Shown in pieces: positions 38,190 to 50,980 of a DNA stretch of 64,000 bases. The stretch's first letter is position 1; every line of letters starts with the position of its first letter. The notes under the pieces are model-generated. The model searched no databases and was not told where the DNA came from. It saw nothing but the letters and a program-made list of their open reading frames with translations. The position numbers and the translations under genes are program-made. This DNA comes from Eledone cirrhosa (Eukaryota), in the NCBI GenBank assembly GCA_964016885.1, contig OZ024741.1, positions 384,338,001 through 384,402,000 of the forward strand, given 5' to 3'.

Positions 38190-38430
38190 CTGAAAGGGTC
38201 GGGAAGGCAGAGTCCTCAGACACTCCTTCCAGTGTGTCCTGTCAGAAGCAAGCGTGTCCAACTGATCCGGCTGAATCCCCAAGCGTGTCCAGCCAAGCTC
38301 ATGGATATTATCCAACCATCTTGCTCGGGGTCTACCCCTGGGTCTCTTGGCTGTTGGTTTTGCTCGTAAAATTTGTCCAACGATTCTTTCCTGAGACATT
38401 CTAACCACATGCCCATAGTATCCATTTAGC
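38184..38430 (-). mobile_element. 3' end of an RTE-clade LINE with (TAA)n tail
   Basis: GYYGHVVRM..RIV..IL..P..KRPRGRPRARWLDNI...LASDR..W is the typical RTE ORF C-terminus. Its stop codon runs into the TAA repeat. Confidence 0.8.
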
Positions 38431-39250
38431 AAAAATATTCGCAAAAATATTTGTTAATTTAAATATTCAAACATTTATAGTTTCTTTTCTAGTAAACAGA
38501 TCATTGTAAAAAAATTGAAATATTAAAGGAAAGACATCAATTTTTAATGTAATGCAATCATAATGCTGTTTTATACTTTTCAAGAATGACTTGCAAGCTC
38601 AGTACTATGTGACACAGTACATTAATTGTTAAATTATCTCTTATGGAGATTGTTTCTGCTCAATTTATTTAAATTCATGCACTGATACTGCGAACCTCGT
38701 GAACATAATCCTATCAGCTCACCTCCAATGTGAGGTAATTACGAAGGAGTATATAATATCAGATGTAGGAAAGAAGGGAAGTAGAGCTGACATGCAAAGA
38801 AGGAGGGGAGATGGGATAAGACAAATATACAAAGAAGAGGTTAGAGTTGAAGGAGGGGGAAGAGGGAAAGGACAGACAGAGTTACAAGCAAGAAGTGAAA
38901 GTGGAGGAGGTAGAGGAGTGGGAGGAGGTTGGACAGATATACAAAGAAGAGGTGGAGGTGACAGACATACAAGAAAGATGTGGACGGTGGTGTTTAGATG
39001 GAGGTGGAGGTGGGGCTGACATAAAAGGAAGAGGTGTCAAAGGGTTATAATGTCTCATGTTTCACATGTAAAAAAAGAAACAGTTTATTTTTATTGGGAA
39101 AGAAAAATAAAATTTAAATTATTTAACCGTGTTGTCAACGGAAGTTGATCGACAACTAACATCTCGACACATTTATTAAAGCTACTCTTAACATTCCGAC
39201 AGAGAAACAGTTAAGGTATAAACTTGCATTTATACTACTATGTAGGTTAT

Positions 39251-39287
<37 letters not shown>

Positions 39288-39381
39288 GTGGAACACAGGA
39301 AGGTAATATCCGTAGTGGTAGGGCACTCAGTCCATGGGACGAGTTAGGTAGAAGTGGTTACACAACAGTTAGTTCACCATA

Positions 39382-39421
39382 CCGAGAACAATTGTTTCAC
39401 CTTAGCGGATCCTCAGCTCGG
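39382..39421 (-). ncRNA. Minimal type I hammerhead ribozyme
   Basis: Reverse complement ccgag CTGAGGA tccgctaaggt GAAA CAATTG TT ctcgg: 5-bp helix I, palindromic helix III, weak helix II. Lies in a ~190 bp island inside (TA)n. Confidence 0.65.
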
Positions 39422-39432
39422 AATGGGCATGG

Positions 39433-39484
<52 letters not shown>

Positions 39485-39526
39485 TCAGGACCCCGACGGC
39501 TGATTAATTAATGTGGTTTATTATGC

Positions 39527-39679
39527 TGATTGGGAGGAGAAATACTGTATATATTTTATCAAATGATTGGGAGGAGAAATACTGTATATATTTTATCAAA
39601 TGATTGGGAGGAGAAATACTGTATATATTTTATCAAATGATTGGGAGGAGAAATACTGTATATATTTTATCAAATGATT
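39527..39679. repeat. 37-bp tandem repeat x4 inside one of two direct repeats (39512-39718 and ~40328-40405)
   Basis: Unit tgattgggaggagaaatactgtatatattttatcaaa; single copy at ~40342. Confidence 0.9.
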
Positions 39680-40656
39680 ATAGATTATGATGACTCTATG
39701 GACTTACTTTCTTATATATTGCTCTGATTGTTGATTATTTAATTAATTAATTCGTCATTGAGCCACACTGTGAATGGTTGCCAAAAAACATATATATCTA
39801 TGGCTCTGTCTAGTTTATGTATATGTAAACCTATATATTTTATATACTCCCGTATGGTTGAGTAACAATTTAGGCAGTATTCGGCTGCACTTTCTAGCAA
39901 CCAGCCTACTCGCCATCAGGCACCAATCACAAGCTTTCTGACTTGACCACTGGCCATGTGACAATTCTTAGCCATTTTGAATTCGTTTCTGGCGGGGATC
40001 ATTTAAGAAAAATCTTTGTCCAATTGAGTTTGTTTCCTGATGATTTCGAAACTCGTGAATGATCGGATATTTCCTAAAAGCGAATGAAACCTCGTGGGGT
40101 AGAAACATGATTTTGGTATGTTTATGTACATTTTTTCTTCTAACTTTGATTTTGTACCTAATTGTGTATGGTTGGCTATATGTCTAATCAATTTCTACGG
40201 GCTATTAGAAATACTAGGTAAATCTTCTGTGGCTGTGGATCGAGGATAAAATAGCCATCATTTATTTATCTATTGTTTCTTCATAGGTACATTTTAAACT
40301 TCCAGCCTCGTTTAATTGATTTTTTCTGTGGTTAATTATGCTGATTGGGAGGAGAAATACTGTATATATTTTATCAAATGATTCTATGGACTTACTTTCT
40401 TATATATATATATATACACATACATGTGTGTGTGTGTGTGTGTGAATGGGTAGGTGTGTGGTGTGCGTGTGTTTTGTGGGTGGGTGCGCGCGTGTGTGTA
40501 ATTGACAGACGACAGAAAAGACAGAAAGGGCACTCAATACCGAAGTAGAATATAAATATTCATTTATTTGGCTAAGTAGTGAGTCTTGTTATTCTGAAGT
40601 ATCACCTGCAGGATCATCTTACAAGACTTACTATTTAGCCATAATAAATGAATTTA

Positions 40657-40712
<56 letters not shown>

Positions 40713-40866
40713 CATATATATATATAAATATATTTTTATATATATATATATAAACGTTGAAAGAGACACAAGGCTAAACAAAGCAAAATGGACTGTAAGA
40801 TGAGTTAACGAAAAGTAAGTTACCTGATGATCTTGGTTTTGATTTTTGTTGTTGTTCTTTTTTCTG

Positions 40867-40903
40867 TCCAATATTTCGGGACCTAAAAGTCCCTTCTTCA
40901 GGA
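40867..40903 (-). ncRNA. Minimal hammerhead ribozyme in the Penelope pLTR
   Basis: Reverse complement tc CTGAAGA a gggac-ttttag-gtccc GAAATAT T gga. Confidence 0.7.
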
Positions 40904-41514
40904 TTTAAGGAACTTTCAGTGGATAATGTTCCAATTTCCTCTCTTTGAGATTAAATTTTGATTTAAATTTTTTCTAAGTCGTTTTGAAACGTTTTTTATG
41001 GTTATTCACGAGAATGACATCAATTGCCAATGTAGTATTTCGCGAAGTCAATTTTCTTTTTTGTATGAGATGTTTAGTTTGTGTGCGTGTGGGTGTGTGG
41101 GTGTGTCTGTTTATGTTAACTATTGTGTGTCGAGTTTTTATCTATTATTTATTTGCTGATTAAGTTTACGTATGAGCAAGGCTTCCTTAATTCTTAAATT
41201 GCCTACATTTCTATCACTGGCTTCAATAGTAACGGTAATATGTTGGTTGATGTTTGTACATTTGTCAATGTTTTTTTTAATGAGGATGCGTGTGTGTTGA
41301 GGTGTTCTTTAATGCTTGAGTCTACCAATGTAGAACCCCTTACATTTGTTACAGTCAATCCGGTTAACCACATGTGTCCGCTGGCACATACCTGTATCGT
41401 GGATAGGGCAGTTAGTCAGAGAGCATTGATTGTTGTTGTCTCTGGATTGCTTTTGAGACAGGTGTCCACGCAGTGAAGGACCAGAGTGTGCTAATTGTAT
41501 GTCCAGTCCTTCTT

Positions 41515-42041
41515 TGCGGATAGCTCTGCGGATAGCTCTGCGGATAGCTCTGCGGATAGCTCTGCGGATAGCTCTGTGGATAGCTCTGCGGATAGCTCTG
41601 TGGATAGCTCTGCGGATAGCTCTGCGGATAGCTCTGCGGATAGCTCTGTGGATAGCTCTGCGGATAGCTCTGTGGATAGCTCTGCGGATAGCTCTGCGGA
41701 TAGCTCTGCGAATAGCTCTGCGGATAGCTCTGCGATTAGCTCTGCGGATAGCTCTGCGGATAGCTCTGTGGATAGCTCTGCGGATAGCTCTGCGGATAGC
41801 TCTGCGGATAGCTCTGCGGATAGCTCTGCGGATAGCTCTGCGAATAGCTCTGCGGATAGCTCTGCGGATAGCTCTGCGAATAGCTCTGCGGATAGCTCTG
41901 CGAATAGCTCTGCGGATAGCTCTGCGGATAGCTCTGCGGATAGCTCTGCGGATATCTCTGCGGATAGCTCTGCGGATAGCTCTGCGGATAGCTCTGCGGA
42001 TAGCTCTGCGGATAGCTCTGCGGATAGCTCTGCGGATAGCT
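41515..42041. repeat. 12-bp minisatellite (GATAGCTCTGCG) x ~44, in frame in the Penelope ORF
   Basis: Direct reading; encodes (AIRR)n on the minus strand. Confidence 0.97.
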
Positions 42042-43525
42042 GTGGTTATGCTTTCGCTGAAATGTGGTATTTTCATGAAGCAGGTGTTAGAGGAGGTCTT
42101 TTGCCTGCAGTGCCTTTGATTCTTAAGACGATTCACTATGGATGTTGGATATCCGTTTGTCTTTAGTACATCTATGAAGTGTGCAGTTTGTGTGATCTGG
42201 TCCTCTGTTTTGCTGCATTTATTCAGGATATGCTTAAGTTCATTTCTTATGTGTCCGGTTTTCGCATCAAGGAGAAGGGCTGATCTATAATGCACAAACA
42301 GGTCTCTGCTGGCAGCTTTCCTATAGAAGTTGGTGTATATAGTACCTTCTTCTGTTACTCTAAGTTGGAAATCCAGCAGAGACAAGGAACCATTTTTATC
42401 GAGGTGTTCTGTGGTAAATCGTATGTTGTTATCTGTGTTTGAAAATGCCGCAGATATTATGTTGGCATCTTCACGGGATGATATGAGGATGAGTATATAT
42501 GTATCGGGTGAAGACAACACAGGAGCGGCAGATGTTGAGCGCTCGACGTTCCAGTTGGTTCATATAGGTGAAGGCTAGAAGGCCTGAAAGACTGGACCCC
42601 CATGGGTAGGCCTGTTGTTTGTTTGTGTGTGGTGGTGGAAAGTGAAATATGTATTTTCTACGATGACGGATAGAAGCTGATGTATGTCTTGTGGGTGAGG
42701 CCAAAGCAGTATATGTTGTATGAAATAATGCAGTCAGTCACTAGTTGACTGCTGGATGAGCGGGTAGTGTCGTGTAGAGAGAGACAACGTCGAGGCTAAA
42801 GACATATCTGTTGAGTTTAAGTTGTTTAGGTTCTAATTGATGTAGTCTTTGATGTCTTCGTCGGAGCTGCTGACATGTCCAGGAAAAATAGCAAGCATAG
42901 GCTTGAGGAACTGGGAGAGGAACCAAGAGATTTTATAGAGGGGTCCTACTATACTCGAAACAATTGGTCTAATCTGTAGATTAACACTGATTTTGTGAGT
43001 TTTAAGGAGGTGGTAGAACATTGGTAATCTGCTTTTTCTGGTGGTGTGGTTGCTTTGTATTTGTTGGGGAGTTATCTACGACTGCAAATATCCATCTAGG
43101 TGGTGTTGATGTGATCTTCACTCTGGGATGCAGCAATGTCTGTCACTTCTGTATATAGTTCACCGTTGTTAAGGTGCTCATATGTCCCTCGAGATGACGC
43201 AGAATTCTTTCCCTTTATCGGAAGGGAGGTATATGAGGTCCTTCTCTCACATGTTGTTTTGAATGATGTGTTCTTTACTGGAGAGGTTGGGGAGTACCTT
43301 CTTATATTTCAGTAATATGCTATATATATATAGTTTCAGATCTCGTAATAGGGTGAAAGCAGGGATTATTTGCTTAAACTTTAATCTGTACTACGGGTGT
43401 ATATATATGCCTATTAATATATTTATATATATACAACCCTTATCGAGCCCTCTTCCGATATTGGTCTTCGTAATTACAAGAGACAGAGGGGGGAAGGGGT
43501 CAGAGCGGGAAGGGCGGAAGGTGAG

Positions 43526-43581
<56 letters not shown>

Positions 43582-44057
43582 GCGTACGTGTGTGTGTATA
43601 TGCTTGGATGTAAGTGAGAATCTGAAAGAGAGTGGGGTTGTGTGCTTGTGCGTTTCGGAAAACCATTGTGTATGTTGGGGTGGAGAGTAAGTCTGTGTGT
43701 GTGTGTGTGTGTGAGTGTGGATGGAAAGTGGTCGTACGGAGTGGGGGAGAGCGTGCGGAATCTGGAGGCAGAGTGGGTGTATGTGACGATGCGTACGTGT
43801 GTTTGTGTTTGTGTGGTGCGGATACGTGTTGAACGTATGGTTGCGTGAGTGCGAAAATGGTGTAAGTGTTTGTGTGTGTCCATGTTTCTGATCGTATATA
43901 CTAATGAAACAGTTCTAGCCCTTAAGAAGTCATTTTTATATAAAATAAAGATGCCTTTATTCTACTAACGTATTGGGTACCTTTTTTAACTGTAGTCAAC
44001 TCCCGATATCCACCGAGAATCCACCGATTATATATATGTATGTATATATGTATTTAC

Positions 44058-44500
44058 GTCAGGTCGCTCTCGAGTGCTACTGGTAACATGTAACCCAGTA
44101 CAACTTGTCTCATGATCGGGCGGTTGGTGACTAAACCAGCAATCCCACCAAGCTTGCTTGGTGAGGAGGGTGATATTTGGACACCCGGCGGGACGAAATA
44201 CATGACCCGGCAAAGGGCGGAGGAACTCAGCAGAGTCAACGGCCATCCAAATAGTAGTTTTCTTCTTTTTTACCTGGGAGTGAAAGGCCCTCAGTTGGTG
44301 TCACAACACCTTTCTAAGAGAGGGAAACTCTAAGAAAAAAACCTGCGGCTTCGGAAGCATCCGATGATGTTGACCAGTTCTCTTTCCGGGTAGTGTTTTC
44401 GATGCTCAGAGAGTGGGGTTGGTCGAGTGCAAGGCCTTTCCCCATTTAAAAAACCTTCAAAGCACAGGCATTGCTTGTTCAGGATATGTTACAGGTTCGG
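44058..44500 (+). mobile_element. Dispersed non-coding repeat, longest copy of the 5718 family
   Basis: Shares blocks with the 5718, 45505, 47172 and 53240 regions (gagtcaacggccatccaaa; aaacctgcggct; gatgatgttgac; ctcagagagtggg; gcacaggcattgc). Confidence 0.6.
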
Positions 44501-44869
44501 GTGGCTGGCCGTAGCCTAAAAGTGCACCAAACTCTATAATCTGACAAGTGATTGCAATACTCTTAGCAGAGTTTGCAGCCATTATGTATGTATCTATGCA
44601 TGTATATGTATGTATATTCGCGTGCGAGAGGTTGTATATACTGCTGTATGCTGCGATATCCAGCAACAAGAAAAAATGACTTAACATGTTGCTGCCACTT
44701 CAAACCACTGACCCTCGGCATTTCACAACAACCGCCTTAGTGGTAAGCAGCTGAAGTATATGATAGATTTATATTTGTATATATACAGTATAGAGGTAAC
44801 TGAAACTGCGTAAATGTGTATATAAATTTACACATTTTTAGTATATAGATATGTAAGAATCAGTTTGAT

Positions 44870-45290
44870 TATGAAAAGCTACAGTGAAATCAGTATTACT
44901 TTATTCCTGTGAATTATGGTCGGTGGCAATACCTATCACCAAAGTTTTAGATGGTTGCTATACATGAATTCTAAGAAGTATAAAAACATCTAACCTCTCG
45001 ACCGTGTTGCAAACAAAGTTCTCTACGACAACATCTCGCCCATTAGCCATACCATCTGTATCAAGTGTCTTCAACTTGCAGGTCATGTCATGAAAGGAAA
45101 AGAACCTGCCACAAAACTTTTACTATAGGAGACCACGAATATGAAACTCAAATACGGAAGACCTTTCAAGACATTAAAGAGAGTCATTGAGGAAAATACA
45201 GAATTATCCAGTGAAGTACTGAGGCAGTTAATGTTGGATCGTGTGGGATGGAAAGGTTTTATTGTGTCACCACAAAGAAGTAGATGAATT

Positions 45291-45342
<52 letters not shown>
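44870..45342 (+). mobile_element. Decayed RTE-like LINE 3' end with (TAG)n tail
   Basis: CLQLAGHVMKGKEPATKLLL*E...YGRPFKT...MLDRVGW followed by (TAG)n. Confidence 0.65.
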
Positions 45343-45343
<1 letters not shown>

Positions 45344-46472
45344 TGTAAGAATGCAAAATATACGAATCTTCCTAAAAAATTATAAACACCATGAATCGAC
45401 ATACATATATGATGATATAGGTATGTATGTATATATTCATATGTATATGGCTTGTTTATTATAAGCACAAGAAAAACGACATATACTTACGAGAGAAAGA
45501 GAATATAGGAGTCAACGGCCATCCAAAAATGTGTAAATATATATATACATATGTATATATGTATGTATATATATATGCATACATGCATGTATGTATATAT
45601 ATATACATGTATACATATGTATATATATGCACGGGGACATAGAAATAATCGGGCTGAATACCTGATGGCGTGGTTAAACCACTGAGAGTGAACGACCCCT
45701 AGACTTTATCAGGGCATTCTTCTAGGAGAAGGCAGCTCAAGAAACTGGGATAACTCCGATATAAAACCTGCGGCTCAGTAGTTACCGATGATGTTGATCT
45801 TTTCTTCCTTTCGTGTTATAGCTACTGTCGCTCAGAGAGTGGGATTGGCTCAGTGCACAGTCTTTCCTCACTTTCTTCAAATCTTCACGCACAGGTATTG
45901 CGTTAATTGATGATTATTAATAATGTTATATCGTGCAGTGGCCATACTACTCGACAAAGAGGGGGCAGCCATCATGTGTATTTGTATGTATGTATGTATA
46001 CTTGTATGTATGCATATATGTATGTACGTACGTATGTATGTATATACGTACGTATGTATGTATGCACTTCTGATTTTAGAACTTTATCAATTTTTACCAA
46101 TAGAGAGAGAGTTGGTTTCTAGCATAGATACAAGACTCTTTCATTGGAATATAAACAACTTCAACTATGTAGATAGGTATGCATGTCTGCATGCATGCAT
46201 GTGTGTACAGGTATAGATGTTATTGTATGTGTATGTGTATGCTTTGTGTTATATGTGTGCATGTGTATATGCTTTGTGTCTGTACATGTGTACATGCAGT
46301 TATTACATGCAGAATTTTTGGAATAGTTTAAATATTTTTACTGTTCCATTGATGGATTGTACTTGTAATTTCCCAACTACTCGTGTTCTTTCTGTTTCTG
46401 TGAAGCCCAGCTTAAGATTTGTACTGAGATAGTTACTAACATATCCCAGTGCCCCAATAATCACAGATATAA

Positions 46473-46503
<31 letters not shown>

Positions 46504-46528
46504 TGTATGTATGTATGTATGTATGTAT

Positions 46529-47093
46529 GTTATCTCTTTCTCTTAATTTCGAGTATATTTTTGACCGGCCACCTTCCTGGTGGCAAGGTTGTAAAAGAAA
46601 AGAAATTGTCATCCCTTGAATCACAAGAATGTTTTGCAAATTTTGAAGGTGCCAGCTATCGCAGCCATTTGTAGACTATGAATTAGGGAGCTGCGCTTTT
46701 TGTCCGCAAATCCAAGTTCAGTCATACTTTGGATCAATCGGGTTGGTATATAACCCGTAGCTCCAATAATGATGGGTATGAAGCTAAAGGTGTATCTTGA
46801 ATAATGGATTTGTAAACTCCTCATCAATGGTCCGTAGATGTCCTCCTTCTCCTGTATTTTTCTGACAACGTTTACATCAAGTGGGCAGCTGATCTCCACA
46901 ACAGAACACGTTTTCAATGTGTGGTCCCAAACAACAATATCAGGCTGGTTGTGCTTTAATTTGGTGGCAGTTTTTATTTTCAGGTTCCACCAGTATTCCT
47001 TAGTGCCATCTGTCTCAATATATTCTTCCTCGTTTGTTAATTTTGTTTTCCGAAGTGCGTTCCAGATGGTTCTAGCTATCCCATTGTGTCTCA
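46529..47093 (-). mobile_element. 5'-truncated R4/Dong-like RLE element (family III) within (TATG)n
   Basis: RHN..YWWNLKIKT..KHNQPDIVVWD..VEISCP..EKEDIY..PIIIGATG. (TATG)n on both sides. Confidence 0.85.
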
Positions 47094-48253
47094 TGTATGT
47101 ATGTATGTATGTATGTATGTATGTATGTATGTATGTATGTATGTATGTATGTATGTATGTATGTATGTATAGTGAGTAGGGTGACTTTGGACATCCTGCA
47201 GGACTAAAAACAAAACCTGTCAAAGGGCAAAGGAGCTCTTAAGAGTCAATGGCCATCCAAAATCACTGGGAGAGATGACCCCTTAGCCTTTGTCAAGGCA
47301 GAATTCTAGGAGAAGGAAAACTCTGATATAACACCTGCAACCCTGATGGTATCCAATGATGTTGACTTGTTCTTCTTTTTGGTAAATATCATCTTGGTTA
47401 AGAGAGTGGGACTGGCTTTGTGCAGTGCCTTTGCTCACTATAAAAGCTTCACGACACAGGCATTGCTTTATATCTGGAGATCTCTCTACACTTGTCGTCA
47501 CATGGTACGATGGGCCCAGCACTAAGTGTCAATAATTGTCACAAGTGTAGTGTCTGTACCAGAGTTTTCAAGTTGCTGGCTGGACTAAAAAGTCACACTT
47601 GTTCAGCGCATCGGTAGGGATTCTCCTACATGGATATAAAGTAGTGGCCGTACTCGAAAACGAGTTGGCAGCCACCATGTGTGTGTATGTACATGTAAAT
47701 ATGAATATATGTATGTTTTCATCTATGCATGTGTGTATATGTGTATGTGCATGTGTGGTGTTGAATGAGTATTCAAGTATGCTTGATACATAATGTATCA
47801 TAATATAAAGAAAGAAGCTGCTGTATGTATTTAAAACTAAGGAAACTAATTATTCTATATATATATTCGATTCAAAACCATGGAACCAAATTAGCCATTT
47901 CGATAACCATCCTCGTTGTCATCCTCACCCTTTTCATCATAATTACGATGTTGGTCATGATATTGAACATCATAATCATGATCAATATCATAACTATCAT
48001 CAGCATCATAGATATTCTAATATTCAGACAGTTTCATATTCTTCAATTTAAATTTCAAGTATTCATGAGATAAATCAATAATTTATTTTTAATCAAAATA
48101 TATATTTGGATCAATATCCAGTTATTTGCAATAGTTTTAGCACATCGATTCATTAGTATCCTTATTCTAGAAAGTTGTTTAACATTTTTTTTTTTTTTTT
48201 TTTGTAGAGGTAAAGACCATTCATAATCAATGTTAAAATGAAATGTTCTAGAA

Positions 48254-48809
48254 CAGCGGTCGGCAATCGGTGGTCCACGGACCATCGGTTGGGCGAGAGA
48301 AAATGTTGGTGGTCCGCAGAAAAATGTGGTCATTATTTGCAATTTTTATGTTTTATTAATAATTGTTTCTACTTTTGGCACAAGGCCAGTTATTACCTAG
48401 TACATTACTGGTACTTTATTTTATCGACCCCGTAAGGATGAAAGGCAAAGTTAACCTCGGCGGGATTTGAACTCAGGTTGTAAAGAGACGTAACTACGCT
48501 GGATGTTTTATTAATAATAAAAGAAAAATAATATTTAGTTAAAATATATTTTATAACACTCCTAAAACATGTTTCTCCTCAGTAAAGAACTAACATCCAT
48601 GAAAGAATTTTACACATATCGACAATATGACACATCTATCGACAATATGACACATGTATGCTTCAGTATTGTTTAATAATATGGAACTTCTCAGATCATT
48701 ATTTTACAAATGTATTTATCTTCTTTTTTTTTAAATCATATAAGTGGTCCGCTGGATTTAAAATCATGAATTTAGTGGTCCGTGAAGTTAAAAAGGTTGG
48801 CGACTACTG
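48254..48809. mobile_element. Non-autonomous hAT (Charlie-like) DNA transposon
   Basis: Imperfect TIRs CAGCGGTCGGCAA / TTGGCGACTACTG, 8-bp TSD TTCTAGAA on both sides, subterminal GTGGTCC motifs. Confidence 0.85.
48355..48505 (-). mobile_element. SINE nested in the hAT element
   Basis: Reverse complement of the 8038 family, including tail tggccttgtgccaaaagtagaaacaattatt. Confidence 0.85.
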
Positions 48810-50813
48810 TTCTAGAATATATGCATGAAGCTCCACTCCTGTCATCTTCTGATCTGATTCAAGTTCTATTTCTCTTCAATATACGAGAGGCGACTGAAGG
48901 GTTCATATACTGACCAAAATACTCTCATGGAATGACCAAATGAGGTTGTTGTTTTTTTAAATAGTCCCTGGAAAGAAACAATGCAGCTATTAATAAGAAG
49001 AGTGGTAATTAATGCAGGCAAGATTTTACAGTTCTAGCATCAATATTTTATAGTCTGCCTATGAACTTTTCAGCTGTCCCTTGTAACGTTGTAGTTACTG
49101 TTTGCGAATCTTTAATTTCCGTATTCTCTTAGATATTAAAGGTTTGTTCATACTTTCTCATAAATTCTTTTTTTTATTTTAATTATGAAAATTATGAAAG
49201 AATTTTGAAATAATAGCATTAGTAAATCTAAATTCATACCCTAAGTTCTATGTAACGAGGAAACACCATAAAGTTGCAAATTTGTGAAATTTATGTCTCT
49301 TTAAGTTCTGTCTAGTTGTATCTAACGAGTTCGCAATATTAGAGAAGGAAAGGGGGACATTAGGGAATTTAGTGAACTTATAGATCTTCATATATTATAT
49401 TTATTACATATTAAATTCAACACTTAGAAACGAACAAATAATATCCACTTACGAAACAAAATAAACAAATTTTCTAATCAATTCCCTGCAGTTATAGTTT
49501 AGAAATATCTGTTTATGTTTATCAAATAATATTTCGTCTGATGCAGCTTCAGTTTAGAACGTTAAAACTCTGTGGTTTTAAAGATACAGAGAAATTACAC
49601 AAATAATATTTATGTTCAGTCTCATACACGAAATATAGAATACGCAAGATTACACGGTTCAATCCCTCGTTCAATCTTAAAACGCTTAGAGGTTCTTTTA
49701 TTTGTTTGAAAAATATTTTTTTTAAAAACATAAATATATATGTTCAATAAAATATTTTATGTTCAATAAAAATAATTTTAGATTAAGTTTTAGTTGTACT
49801 CAAAATTTTGCTTCAGAAATATTCATTCCTCTTGATTGTTTTAATCACTAAACATTAATAATAATTCAAGTCTTTCAAATTTCATTTTCTATTCTTTTAT
49901 TAGTCTACTTATTTCAGTTATTTAACTACGGCTGTGCTTATACACTATGGTGAAGAGTTCATTCGATTATACAGATACGAGTAATTGTTTTAACCAGGTA
50001 TGCATAAATCTTGTTTAATAATATATGTACATAGATATACTTTTGTGTATGCATATATAAATATATATATAACATATATGTGTATATATATATATATTTA
50101 CATGTGCAATACATATGTGTGTATATTTATATATGTGTGTATATATATTTATATGTGCAATACAAATGTGTGTGTATATTTATATATACATATATGGGTG
50201 TGTATATATTTATATGTGCATATACATATATGTGTGTGTATACGAGGCAAATTCTTCTTTGTCAAAACCTTCCTGTTTTATACAACAAAGACAAAAGAAT
50301 TGGCAACATAGACACACTGTTACACACGCACGCAAACACGTACACAACAAAAACAATAAAAAACGCACACTTACACAACATATCAACACAGACATCACAC
50401 TATAACATACAATAGTCACTTAAATTTCAGTCACCATATAACACTCTCTTGTCTGCCCGTGTCTCTCTCCTTTTCTACCAATCTCTCTCTCTCTCTCCTT
50501 TTCTACCAATCTCTCTCTCCCTCTCTCTCTCTCTTTCTCTCACTCTCTCTATCACTCTCTCTCTCTCTCTTTCTATTTCTTTCTCTCTCCCTCTACCAAT
50601 ATCTGTCTCTTTCTCTCTCTCCCTCTCTATTTCTTTCTCTCTCCCTCTACCAATATCTCTCTCTCTCTGATTCCCAAACATTTTATATATATCTACATGT
50701 GTGTGCATGCGTGTGTGTTTGTGTGTAAAGGAAATGCATGATTCCATCTTGAATATTCATATATACAACTATATAACCTCAAAACTCTATATATTTGCAT
50801 TAATATATATATA

Positions 50814-50980
50814 CCGTATTTCCCGGCGTCGAAGACGCTTCTTTCTTCCTAAAATAAGTCTCAAAAATCTACCATGCGTCCTGGAGGCCCAAGGTTGTTT
50901 ATTATGTTCTTCAAATTTTTGGTTGTCAAAATTAGGGTGTTTCCTCGAGGACGAAGCGTCTTCGGCGCCGGGAAATACGG
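50814..50980. mobile_element. Tc1/mariner-type MITE
   Basis: ~28-bp TIR CCGTATTTCCCGGCGTCGAAGACGCTTC, flanked by TA on each side. Confidence 0.85.

Larger units (their letters stand above)
40760..43310 (-). mobile_element. Decayed Penelope-like element (RT + GIY-YIG endonuclease)
   Basis: DLIYLPSDKG (~43235), FYHLLKTHK..IRPIVS, FSLDVVSLYT, GSSLSGLLA, IRFTTE..LSLLD..FYRK, then C..C..C and VVNRIDCNKCKGFYIG. Downstream hammerhead. Confidence 0.88.

Noticed and set aside
6176-38430. Array as a simple segmental tandem duplication or telomere
   Set aside because: The units belong to different families with different truncation points, no TTAGGG repeats were seen, and ordinary sequence continues on both sides.
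39527-39679. 37-bp repeats resembling a CRISPR array
   Set aside because: The units abut with no unique spacers, there are no cas genes and the context is eukaryotic.
40580-40630. Hammerhead-like motif on the minus strand
   Set aside because: Helix I pairs, but both core segments deviate (AAGATGA, GATA).
41495-42166. Plus-strand ORFs (SADS)n and (IALR)n
   Set aside because: Alternative frames of the 12-bp minisatellite. The minus frame has Penelope homology on both sides.
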